Source: Candidatus Poribacteria bacterium
GTDB taxonomy: Bacteria > Poribacteria > WGA-4E > WGA-3G
Length of the DNA: 64,000 nt
Reading direction: 5' to 3'
Assembly: GCA_022826805.1 (NCBI GenBank)
Contig: JAJDUH010000044.1
Location: forward strand, 92,862-156,861
The position numbers and the translations under genes were made by a program. Shown piece after piece: positions 26,905 through 35,846 of this stretch. The notes under the pieces are model-generated. The model was not told the origin of the DNA and ran no database searches. It saw only the letters and a program-made list of their open reading frames with translations. Each line of letters begins with the position of its first letter. Positions within the stretch are counted from its first letter, which is position 1.

Positions 26905-26944
26905 GTACATGTAGACATGTGTACATGCAAACATGTAGATATGT
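26905..26944. promoter_or_regulatory. five tandem 8-bp boxes (GTACATGT AGACATGT GTACATGC AAACATGT AGATATGT), candidate RHH operator
   Basis: The boxes were counted directly. The array lies immediately upstream of the RHH gene RBS. Confidence 0.6.
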
Positions 26945-27090
26945 ATGAGAATATAAAACGTTGGCTTCGCGGATAAGTTTCAGAAAAACTCCCAAAAAAT
27001 TGAAAAAAAATGTTAAATATCTTTATGCAAAATTACGTAAAACTTTTAGTAAAAAAGTATCTGTAACCGCTCCAGTCTGTGGGATTCACG

Positions 27091-30000
27091 TTATTTAAGA
27101 ATTACCATCCTACGCGTGGTTTTAAGGTGCCCCACTTGCAGCGTATAAAAATAGCTACCACTCGCGACAGGTTCGCCTGCAGCATTACGGCCATCCCAGT
27201 ATGCAGCTCGAGATGAGGTCCGGTAGGTTCCAGCCGCCTGGAAGCCGAGTGATAACTGTCGAACAAGTTCTCCTTTTAAACTATAGATATGGATATGGAC
27301 ATCTGTGTCTTCGGCTAAATCGTAAGGTATCCAAGTCTCCGGATTGAAAGGATTTGGATAGTTGGCAAGAAGCTGGGTCGTTTCAGGGTTTGTTGACCCG
27401 GATAATGCGTATTGCGGTGCAGCGGGATCCACCGGTTGCTCAATACCAAGTGTAAAGTCTCCAGGCATATCTAACCCTGTGACGACAGCTTGAATTTTTG
27501 AATTCTTGAGGTTTGCCCACTGGATTTTTCCACCCGAGTTCGTCCAATACAACTTATCGCCTACACTATCAACGGCAATGCCAAAAGGAATACCCTGGAT
27601 TGAGATAAGCTCCTCAACGTTTGTGCCATCAAGGTTGGCACGCTTTACTGCTCCCATCTTCGCGTCTATCTTTTCTGTCCAATAAATCTTACCATTTACA
27701 ATAGTTATACGTCCCAGGGTTGCTAAGTCTGTAACCAATTCCTCTCGGTTTCGTCCGTTGAGGTTAGCACGCCAGAGGCTGTCCGGTTCTGCATAGTAGA
27801 TTTTACCGCCTCCCACATCCAAAGCAATGGCTTCTGGCGAATTCAAGTTTCGAATTAGGTTTTTAATTGACTTCCCGTTGAGATTGGCGCGCCGAATCCT
27901 CCCATGTGAATCCGTCCAATATAGTTTTCGGCCCACAGTATCAATAGCAAGGTCCAGAGGAATTCCCACTCGCGGTGAAGCAAGCATCTCAAGATTTGAA
28001 CCGTCAAGGTTCACACGATGGATTTCCCCTGTTTCATCGCTTGTTTTCCGTATGAAGTAGATTTTACCGTTCGTCGTATCTACAGCAACACTCGTTCCAT
28101 TCCGAACGCTCGGAGCTATCGTCTCCACTTTCGCACCCACGAGACGCTGAAGCTTACCAGACCTCGGGCTTACCCAGTACATTGGGGGACGCTGCGCTGC
28201 GGGGACGCGTATTTTAACACTTTTCTTGGGAGCCTCTGGTACCAAAACGTTTAACGCGAGATGTGTGGGTGTCCCTAAACCCGTAACAACATTTTGAATC
28301 CCTGAACCGTTGAGATTGGCCCTCCGAATTCTCCCACGGGAGTCTCCGTAGTAGAATTTCTCACCTATACCATCAACAGCTATACCCTTGAGAAAGACAT
28401 CTTCGGCTGAGATGAGTTTTTTAGGATATCTGCCATCAAGATTAGCACGTTTTACTACCCCGATATCAGCTTTCACCTGTTCCGTCCAGTAAATATGATT
28501 ACCAGCAACAGCGATGCCCCCGATTTCTCTCACGCCTGTGACTAATTCTTCTGCCTTTTCACCGTTGAGGTCGGCATGCCAGATACTGCCCTGCTGTGTC
28601 CAATAGAGTTTGCCACCTGCCACATCCAAGGTTATCGTCTTTGGTGAATCTAATTTTTTGATGAGGTTTTTAACCACCTTTCCCTTGAGATTTGAACGCT
28701 GGATCACCCCACGCGAGGTGGTCCAGTATAACCTGCCCCCTTTACTATCAACGGAAATACTGAGAGGAATGCTCGGTAAGGACTTCAACTCTTCAACTTC
28801 TGAACCGTCAAAGTTCGCCCGATAGATTTTTCCGGCTATCCGAGTTGTTTTCTCTGTCCAGTAAATTTTTTCACCTACTGTATCCATGGCGAAACTGGTT
28901 ACATTTTGGAAGTTTACCGCCACATTTTCCACCTGAGCACCTGTGAGGTATTGTAGGATTCCGAGCTCTGTGTTTAGCCAATAAATCGTTGGGTGCTTTG
29001 ATTTAGTAATATGTGCCTTCACTTCCCCACGAGCACCTGGCGAACCATAGTTTGTAGACAAAAAGTTCTCTCGTACGTTTGATGCCATCCAACTGGTCGC
29101 AAGGCTGCCATCTGGAACGGTTCCTGTTACGTAATCAATCACGCGGTACATCGAAACCGGAAATTCGGATGGCTGGAGGCCCGAACTACGCTCTGGTAGG
29201 GACCATGATAAGTGCTTTTGAGAGCCAGCGTTCTGAACTCTATCTATAACTTTCCATCCCGCATAGGGCTGAGTCGACGGGATCACTTCCCTGTCCAAAT
29301 ACGTCCCCGTGAACAGTAACGCGAAACGATTGTTCTCAAGCGTGATGCGTTTCTTTGGACTGTAAAGTTCTATCCACTGATTATCGGAAGGGGTTTCATG
29401 ACGTCCCCACATAATTTCACTAATGATAAGATCTCCAAACTCGACTTTCGTCCTGGGGTGCACAATGAGTTCGATAGTACCGCCCTGCCCGTCACTTCTA
29501 AAACTATCAAGCGTCTGGTTAATACGGTAAGACAGTGTTCGCAGTCCAGCATTATCCCCTCTGAATTCTGAACGCTTAAGAACCACGGGGTTAGCCTCAA
29601 TAAATGTCTGCCAATCCGGATAGATTATCTTTACTTTGCTTTTTTGAATAGAATGATTTTGACTTCGGCTCAAGACGATAAACTTGCCAGTTTCAACCAT
29701 TATGGAGTTAGCGGTCAGAGGGAAATTCACAGTTATTGGATTATCGTTAAGAGAGATAGACGCATTTTTCAATGTCGTGAGCGGACTTATATCAATAATG
29801 GCATTATTCTTGAGGTCCAACCACCTTAAGTTTTCTAATCCAGCGAGCGGACTAACATCAACAATAGCATTTCTCGAGAGTTTTAACCGCTTTAAGTTTT
29901 TCAATTTTGCAAGAGAACTCACGTCAGTAACGGCGTTGTCACGGAGATCTAAGACCTCTAACTGTGTCGCATATTCCAGCCCAGTGAGATTTTTTATCTC

Positions 30001-30195
30001 AGTGTTCCGAGCATATAGCAACATGAGGCGTTGCATTGCCTGCCTGCTGATAGGTCCGCCTGATGTTATGTTCAACTGCTTTCGAACCACCGCTGCTAAA
30101 TTCACATCCGGTATATTAACAATTTGGGCATTTACGATGTTAAACGAACAACTAAAGACGAAAAAAGTAACAAGAAATGTGCAAAATTTTTTCAT
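27091..30195 (-). CDS. 1034-aa secreted protein (LRRs, lamin-tail-like domain, two six-bladed YWTD/LDL-receptor class B propellers, T9SS/FlgD-like C-terminal domain)
   Basis: A signal peptide is present, followed by LRRs (L..L..LDLRDNAVTDVSSL). The motif ISEIMWG...NQWIELYS is LTD-like. I counted 12 blades with (I/L)YWT(E/D/Q/N)...ANL(N/D)G motifs. The C-terminus reads NYPNPFNPETWIPYDL...GSYFYTL. Confidence 0.85.
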   Translation of the reverse strand: MKKFCTFLVTFFVFSCSFNIVNAQIVNIPDVNLAAVVRKQLNITSGGPISRQAMQRLMLLYARNTEIKNLTGLEYATQLEVLDLRDNAVTDVSSLAKLKNLKRLKLSRNAIVDVSPLAGLENLRWLDLKNNAIIDISPLTTLKNASISLNDNPITVNFPLTANSIMVETGKFIVLSRSQNHSIQKSKVKIIYPDWQTFIEANPVVLKRSEFRGDNAGLRTLSYRINQTLDSFRSDGQGGTIELIVHPRTKVEFGDLIISEIMWGRHETPSDNQWIELYSPKKRITLENNRFALLFTGTYLDREVIPSTQPYAGWKVIDRVQNAGSQKHLSWSLPERSSGLQPSEFPVSMYRVIDYVTGTVPDGSLATSWMASNVRENFLSTNYGSPGARGEVKAHITKSKHPTIYWLNTELGILQYLTGAQVENVAVNFQNVTSFAMDTVGEKIYWTEKTTRIAGKIYRANFDGSEVEELKSLPSIPLSISVDSKGGRLYWTTSRGVIQRSNLKGKVVKNLIKKLDSPKTITLDVAGGKLYWTQQGSIWHADLNGEKAEELVTGVREIGGIAVAGNHIYWTEQVKADIGVVKRANLDGRYPKKLISAEDVFLKGIAVDGIGEKFYYGDSRGRIRRANLNGSGIQNVVTGLGTPTHLALNVLVPEAPKKSVKIRVPAAQRPPMYWVSPRSGKLQRLVGAKVETIAPSVRNGTSVAVDTTNGKIYFIRKTSDETGEIHRVNLDGSNLEMLASPRVGIPLDLAIDTVGRKLYWTDSHGRIRRANLNGKSIKNLIRNLNSPEAIALDVGGGKIYYAEPDSLWRANLNGRNREELVTDLATLGRITIVNGKIYWTEKIDAKMGAVKRANLDGTNVEELISIQGIPFGIAVDSVGDKLYWTNSGGKIQWANLKNSKIQAVVTGLDMPGDFTLGIEQPVDPAAPQYALSGSTNPETTQLLANYPNPFNPETWIPYDLAEDTDVHIHIYSLKGELVRQLSLGFQAAGTYRTSSRAAYWDGRNAAGEPVASGSYFYTLQVGHLKTTRRMVILK

Positions 30196-30425
30196 GGTTC
30201 TTTCCTTTTATTTCGTGAGGGTATCGCCCAACTAATCGTAGAATATATTATATTCATAGCGAATGGAACAAAGGGGTTCCAAAGCAAACCATTAGTAGGA
30301 TACTGAACAAAAATAGCCCGCGAAATACTCTGTGCCAGACCGAGTATTCGCGGGCGCGATAGCAGAACATCAGTGACTGCTGATGCTACCTGATTTAAGA
30401 GAATAAAACTAAACTTATGTGAAGT

Positions 30426-30438
30426 GGGGGGGGGGGGG
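30426..30438. repeat. homopolymeric G13 tract followed by a nested hairpin, 231 nt upstream of the LRR-YWTD gene
   Basis: The run was counted directly. The adjacent hairpin is GCCTTG..TGCCCT-ctga-AGGGCA..CAAGGC (30441-30473). Confidence 0.9.
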
Positions 30439-30864
30439 ATAGCCTTGTTAATGCCCTCTGAAGGGCACAAGGCATAGATGAACAAGCAATACAACACCGC
30501 ATAACATTACCGCGCACCGTAAATTTGAGGTGCGAGAAAATTGCTTTTGCTCTGTTAAAATTGATATGTCGATTTTGCATTCTTGTTTTCTTTATGAGGT
30601 TCAGATTATTGTGCGTGGTATCTATACGCGCTGCACGTTTCACTTGGTGCCATTAAACAAAAAATGCTAAAATTTGTCAACATTTTTGGGGTCATCGATG
30701 GCTACAAATGTATAATCGTTTGAATGTTGCGGTCAGGAGACCACTCCTACAGGATAGGATACCAATTCCCTCAAAATATACAAGCATAAAAATCCAGAAT
30801 GTGCTAAACTATGGTGAAGTTTAGAATTAATTAGACACTATAAATGCACACTCAACCCCCTAAC

Positions 30865-30992
30865 GAATCAGAATCAAAATCAACGGTATCAATGCCTTAA
30901 TGGCATTGCCCGGGTATAAAGCCTATAAAGGCTTTACCGGGGTATGAATGCCTTATGGCATTCCCCACCCTTATCAGGGGGGAATTTAGAAG
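30865..30992 (+). repeat. H-family element, copy H3 (leader + three hairpin modules + terminal module)
   Basis: The element reads GAATCAGAATCAAAATCAACGGTAT, CAATGCC-ttaat-GGCATTG, CCCGGGTAT, AAAGCC-tataa-AGGCTTT, ACCGGGGTAT, GAATGCC-ttat-GGCATTC, CCCACCCTTATCAGGGGGGAATTTAGAAG. Confidence 0.8.
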
Positions 30993-31073
30993 TTTCACCC
31001 ACCGAGAAGTGTTTATTTATTTTTAGATTTTACCATAATTGTAAACTGGAGTCCGGATAATAGGAGAAGAAAC

Positions 31074-33317
31074 ATGGAAAAATGGACAATATGCTTAGCA
31101 ATAATTCTCTGTTTCGGGGTTGCATCCCAAAATACCAGTGCAAAAAAACTCACATTAGACGATATTTTCCCAACCGATCGGGTCATAGACGTACAGATTA
31201 CGATCTCGCAGCGGGATTGGGATACAATTCGGTTTCAGTCGCGGGATATCAGGACAGCACTCAGCGCTTCGCGGCAATTTGCGCCGATGGAGAGTCCGTA
31301 TAGCTACGTTGAAGCAACTGTCAGCATCAATGGCGTTGTTTTCCCGAAAGTTGGGTTGCGTAAAAAAGGGTTCATCGGTTCGCTCAGTCATACTCGTCCG
31401 TCTCTCAAGATCAAACTAAATCATGTCAATAAAGAGGGTGAAATTGAAGGGTTAACGAACCTAACACTTAATAACAACAAACAAGACACAAATCTAATGA
31501 GCCAATTTATGGGATATGCGCTGTTTAATGCGATTGGATTGCCGGCACCGCGATGCGCTTATGCGAAAGTGACTGTGAATGGCGAAAATCTGGGGATATA
31601 CTCACACGTGGAAACTGTTCGGAAACCCTTGTTGGAACGCGCCTTCGGGAACAGCGATGGTCCCCTCTATGAAGGGACAGTTGTAGACTTTTACAAAAAT
31701 TGGGAGAACAGTTTTGAACATAAACGGGGTGATGACACACGCGGCAGAGCACACATTAAGGACTTGATTGACCTTCTGTCGGACCCGAAAGCAACAGAGG
31801 CTGAGATCGGTGAATTGGTGGATTTGGAATTATTCTATAAATTCTGGGCAGCTGAAAGTTTAGTCGGATTCTGGGATGGTTACTCCGGAAACAAAAACAA
31901 CTTCTTTGCCTACTTGAACCCTGAAGACAACAAATTTTACTTCATTCCGTGGGGGATGGACTCCATCTTTACCAAGCAGAGCAAACTTGAGTTCATGAAT
32001 GACCCACGGGCACCCATATCTGTAAAGACACAGGGTCTGATCGCCTACAAGTTGTATCAATTCGAGGCAGGACGGCAACGCTATAGAGAAGTGCTCACCG
32101 AGATTTTAGACAAACACTGGAATACAGCAGAATTGTTAGCGACGTTAGACAAAATCGCTGTGATGGTCGAGCCGCATTTAGTGCCTGCTCAGCGTGTGAT
32201 TGCGGAAGAATGGAGCAGAGGCAGAAATTGGGGAGCACCCAAGCCAACTTTTGAGAGCGAATTAGCGGCAGCACGCAACTTCATGCACAATCGCAAAAGT
32301 GATATAGAGAAAGAAATTGCGAACGGGATGCCGGTATGGAACAAACGCCCCGACCCGCCGTTCGCTATTCCTGAAAATGGCGATTTCATGGAAGGATTCC
32401 TAAAATCAATAGAAAACACCTTAGTAGGTGCTGCGCGTATGGGGAATATCGAAGCCATCAAACGTTACATAGCGGAAGGTGCCAATGTTAATGATATGCG
32501 TTTTGAAATGCCACCGTTGGCATGGGCAGTGATGATGGGACAGACAGCCGCCGCTGAACTCCTACTTCAACACGGGGCGGATATCAACGGCAGAAACACG
32601 GACGATAACACGGCTTTGCATCTCGCAGTATTCTTAGGACATGCTGAAACTGCCGAGCTGCTTCTAAAGAACGGTGCTGACGTAACTGCAAGAAACGACG
32701 ACGGGGCGACACCTATAGATATGTTAACGGTCCCTTGGGAAATGACAAAGATGTTATCGGAGCCGTTAGGCATAAAGTTGGAACAGAAGCAGGTCGAAAT
32801 GGGAAAAACCAAGATTGCTGAGATGCTCAATGTGAAATCATCAAACTTATCTAAGGGAAAAAGCACTCTCCCGGTAGAAGAGGTATGGGATGCAGCATCC
32901 ACAGGTAATCTCAATGTGGTGAAACAGGCAATGGCAAATGGAATGGATGTCAACATGAAAGACCCAAAATCGGGAGGCACGTTGTTGGCTACTGCCGCAC
33001 TGATGGGACACACGGAAATTGTGGCATTACTTCTCGCACACGGTGCGGATGTCAATGCGAGAAGCAAAGATGGTGGAACAGCTTTGCATGCGGCGGCTTT
33101 TCTTGGGCGGGTCGAGACAGTGAAACTCTTACTGGATAAAGGCGCGGATACCACGCTTCGGCATAAGATGGGCGGTACAGCGATAGATGGTGCGAAACTG
33201 AACTGGCTGTTGACGAAGGGGATACTCAGCACGATGAAAATCAAAGTAGATGCGGCAGAAGTAAAAGTAGGACGAGCCGAAGTTGTGAAACTCATTACTC
33301 AGCACAATAAGAGATAA
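31074..33317 (+). CDS. secreted CotH kinase-like domain protein fused to two ankyrin-repeat blocks
   Basis: A signal peptide is present. CotH-like motifs include PSLKIKLN, LTLNNNKQD...M..F.GYALFNAIGLPAPR and KNNFFAYL...FYFIPWGMD. ANK consensus repeats are present (G.TALH.AA..GH.E...LLL..GAD). Confidence 0.85.
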   Translation: MEKWTICLAIILCFGVASQNTSAKKLTLDDIFPTDRVIDVQITISQRDWDTIRFQSRDIRTALSASRQFAPMESPYSYVEATVSINGVVFPKVGLRKKGFIGSLSHTRPSLKIKLNHVNKEGEIEGLTNLTLNNNKQDTNLMSQFMGYALFNAIGLPAPRCAYAKVTVNGENLGIYSHVETVRKPLLERAFGNSDGPLYEGTVVDFYKNWENSFEHKRGDDTRGRAHIKDLIDLLSDPKATEAEIGELVDLELFYKFWAAESLVGFWDGYSGNKNNFFAYLNPEDNKFYFIPWGMDSIFTKQSKLEFMNDPRAPISVKTQGLIAYKLYQFEAGRQRYREVLTEILDKHWNTAELLATLDKIAVMVEPHLVPAQRVIAEEWSRGRNWGAPKPTFESELAAARNFMHNRKSDIEKEIANGMPVWNKRPDPPFAIPENGDFMEGFLKSIENTLVGAARMGNIEAIKRYIAEGANVNDMRFEMPPLAWAVMMGQTAAAELLLQHGADINGRNTDDNTALHLAVFLGHAETAELLLKNGADVTARNDDGATPIDMLTVPWEMTKMLSEPLGIKLEQKQVEMGKTKIAEMLNVKSSNLSKGKSTLPVEEVWDAASTGNLNVVKQAMANGMDVNMKDPKSGGTLLATAALMGHTEIVALLLAHGADVNARSKDGGTALHAAAFLGRVETVKLLLDKGADTTLRHKMGGTAIDGAKLNWLLTKGILSTMKIKVDAAEVKVGRAEVVKLITQHNKR

Positions 33318-33428
33318 ACGCTAAAAAAGAGGTCAGAAAACCTCACCAATATAAGAGAAAACCAACGCTTAATTCGCAAACAAACCTTAAGACTACTCAA
33401 AATATATAGAGCGGACACGCAAACTAAC

Positions 33429-33530
33429 AAATCAGAATCAACGGTATCAAGTCCGTGTGGACTTGCCCGGGTATGAATGCCTTGAATCAACGGTATGAAG
33501 TGCTTATGCACTTCCCCGGGCATTCCCCGT
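33429..33530 (+). repeat. H-family element, copy H4, containing a unit nested in the loop of another unit
   Basis: GAATGCC (33475-81) and GGCATTC (33519-25) are separated by GAATCAACGGTAT-GAAGTGC-ttat-GCACTTC-CCCG. Confidence 0.75.
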
Positions 33531-33646
33531 GCACTACAAAAGAGGTGTCCAAGCAATTTTAAAATTTACTATAACTGTTTGAATAGAAAGCCTGAGCGAA
33601 CATAGGGACCTACCCGAATACCTAAAAGAAATGGAGACATGGCACA

Positions 33647-35611
33647 ATGGCAAAACCGATTAACTATACTGATATTTTGGAAACTGGCGATAGCAGTATC
33701 TATGACCTCCAAACGCACGCTGCCGGTCCTGAAGGCAGCCTACCGCTCACGGCAGAAATGCTCCTCACCCGACCGAGCGGGGATGTATTTGGCTTGACCC
33801 ACAATGCTGCTATGGGCTGGGCACCAACTGAACTGAGACGTGAAGAATTTCTGATTCTCAGCACGCAAGGCGGTATTCGTGCACCTGATGGCACGCCTAT
33901 TGCCCTCGGGTACCACACTGGGCATTGGGAGGTCGGACTCCTTATGCAGGCAGTTGCGCACGAACTCAAGAAACTCGCAACGATTCCGTTCGCAGGCTAC
34001 TGCTCTGATCCGTGTGACGGACGCACACAAGGCACCGTTGGTATGATGGACAGCCTCGCCTATCGCAACGATGCAGCACAGGTTCTTCGCCGACTCATCC
34101 GTTCCCTACCGACGCGAAAGGGGGTCGTCGGTGTAGCCACCTGTGATAAAGGCTTACCTGCAATGATGATGGCACTCGCCTCAATGCGAGAATTACCGGC
34201 TGTCCTCGTTCCGGGTGGCGTGACACTACCGCCTACGACAGGCGAAGATGCCGGAAAAATCCAGACCATCGGTGCACGCTTTGCACACGGTGAAATTAGC
34301 CTGCAAGATGCTGCTGATATGGGATGTCGCGCCTGTGCAACCCCCGGTGGTGGATGCCAATTTCTTGGAACTGCAGCGACCTCACAGGTCGTCGGTGAAG
34401 CGTTAGGAATGAGCCTGACACACACGGCATTAGCCCCGTCTGGACAGAATATTTGGTCAGATATGGGACTCCGCTCAGCACGCGCTGTGACGAACTTAGC
34501 AGCGAAGGGCCTGACGATGAACGATATTGTCACACCGGCGTCAATTCGGAACGCGATGGTAGTGCACGCGGCGTTTGGTGGATCAACCAACCTCCTACTG
34601 CATGTTCCAGCGATTGCACATGCCGCAGGACTCCAACGTCCAAGCGTAGACGACTGGACCGAAGTCAACCAGAACGTCCCACGTCTCGTTGATGTGCTAC
34701 CGAATGGACCGGTTGGACACCCCACGGTCCGTGTTTTTCTCGCGGGTGGCGTACCGGAAGTTATGCTACACCTCCGCGAACTCGGATGCCTCAACGAAGA
34801 TGTACTAACGGCAACAGGTGAAACCCTCGGCAGCAACCTTGATTGGTGGGAAACTTCTGAACGACGAGGACGCGTCCGTGAAATTCTGGAGACCAAGGAT
34901 AACATCGCTCCTGATGAAGTGATCCTGAGTCCGGATGCAGCACAGGCAGCGGGCTTGACAAGCACTGTCACGTTCCCACGAGGCAACATCGCTCCAGAGG
35001 GCTCTGTCATCAAAAGCACAGCTATTGACCCAAGTGTCGTTGATGCTGACGGTGTGTATCGAATGACAGGACCTGCGCGTGTGTTTGTCCGTGAATCCGA
35101 TGCAATACAAACCCTTAAAGGTCAAAGGGAGAGTAGCATGCAACCCGGAGACATTATGGTTCTGTGTTGTCGGGGTCCACAAGGCACAGGCATGGAAGAA
35201 GTTTATCAACTAACAGCAGCACTGAAACATCTTTCGTTCGGTAAAAACATTGCCCTGATCACCGATGCGCGATTCTCTGGGGTGTCAACGGGGGCATGTA
35301 TTGGGCATGTCGGACCAGAGGCACTCGCAGGCGGTCCCATCGGGAAGGTGCTTGATGGCGACATAATTCAGATCGAGATTGACACCCGACAACTGGTAGG
35401 CAGTATCGATCTGGTAGGACACGGTAGCGAGCATTTCGGCGCAGAAGCGGGTGAACGCCTGTTAGCGGAACGCCAACCGCGACCAGATCTCTCGCCAGAT
35501 GAAGCACTGCCAGATGATACGCGACTCTGGGCGGCGCTGCAATCTGTTGGTGGGGGCACATGGGGTGGCTGTGTTTACGATGTTGATGCAATCCTTAATG
35601 CCTTGAAGTAA
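33647..35611 (+). CDS. IlvD/Edd-family dehydratase, YjhG/YagF (xylonate dehydratase)-like
   Basis: The protein is 654 aa. The N-terminal region and the [20 protein letters not shown] and [20 protein letters not shown] motifs fit the long YjhG/YagF branch as I recall it. Confidence 0.8.
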   Translation: MAKPINYTDILETGDSSIYDLQTHAAGPEGSLPLTAEMLLTRPSGDVFGLTHNAAMGWAPTELRREEFLILSTQGGIRAPDGTPIALGYHTGHWEVGLLMQAVAHELKKLATIPFAGYCSDPCDGRTQGTVGMMDSLAYRNDAAQVLRRLIRSLPTRKGVVGVATCDKGLPAMMMALASMRELPAVLVPGGVTLPPTTGEDAGKIQTIGARFAHGEISLQDAADMGCRACATPGGGCQFLGTAATSQVVGEALGMSLTHTALAPSGQNIWSDMGLRSARAVTNLAAKGLTMNDIVTPASIRNAMVVHAAFGGSTNLLLHVPAIAHAAGLQRPSVDDWTEVNQNVPRLVDVLPNGPVGHPTVRVFLAGGVPEVMLHLRELGCLNEDVLTATGETLGSNLDWWETSERRGRVREILETKDNIAPDEVILSPDAAQAAGLTSTVTFPRGNIAPEGSVIKSTAIDPSVVDADGVYRMTGPARVFVRESDAIQTLKGQRESSMQPGDIMVLCCRGPQGTGMEEVYQLTAALKHLSFGKNIALITDARFSGVSTGACIGHVGPEALAGGPIGKVLDGDIIQIEIDTRQLVGSIDLVGHGSEHFGAEAGERLLAERQPRPDLSPDEALPDDTRLWAALQSVGGGTWGGCVYDVDAILNALK

Positions 35612-35612
35612 G

Positions 35613-35688
35613 GAGCGGTCAGCAGTCAGTAAGAAACATTTGTAGTAGGCACAATAGAAAACCTTGCCACACGATTAACTGACCGCTG
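35613..35688. repeat. L-family element, copy L3 (arms GAGCGGTCAGCAGTCAG / CTGACCGCT; central module shared with L2)
   Basis: The arms are inverted repeats. The central AACATTTGTAGTAGGCACAATAGAAAACCTTGCC resembles the L2 centre. Confidence 0.55.
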
Positions 35689-35846
35689 AAAGCATTCCGA
35701 ATGAGGATTCACAAATAAATTGGGTAATTCCGGTGCGGTTGCAAACCGCACCTCCTTGATTCCTTGATCGGGATAAATTGGTATTACCCGATTAAATTCT
35801 TAAACTTCATAAGGAATGCGCCCTGATCGCTGACTGCCAATACAAT

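Noticed and set aside
30865-30992. I considered whether the clustered short palindromic hairpins at 30.9, 33.4 and 54.3 kb could be a CRISPR array.
   Set aside because: The units are 7-bp-stem hairpins joined by constant linkers. There are no unique spacers of 25-40 nt and no regular repeat of 24-48 nt, and no cas genes are present in the window.
34060-35019. A 319-aa minus-strand ORF lies inside the YjhG-like dehydratase gene. Similar shadow ORFs occur at 32567-33295, 39930-40733, 974-1627, 29684-30235, 61344-61913 and 8147-8689.
   Set aside because: All are antisense to or overlap confidently identified genes. They are Arg/Ser/Pro-rich with no recognisable domains, no SD and no plausible start context.
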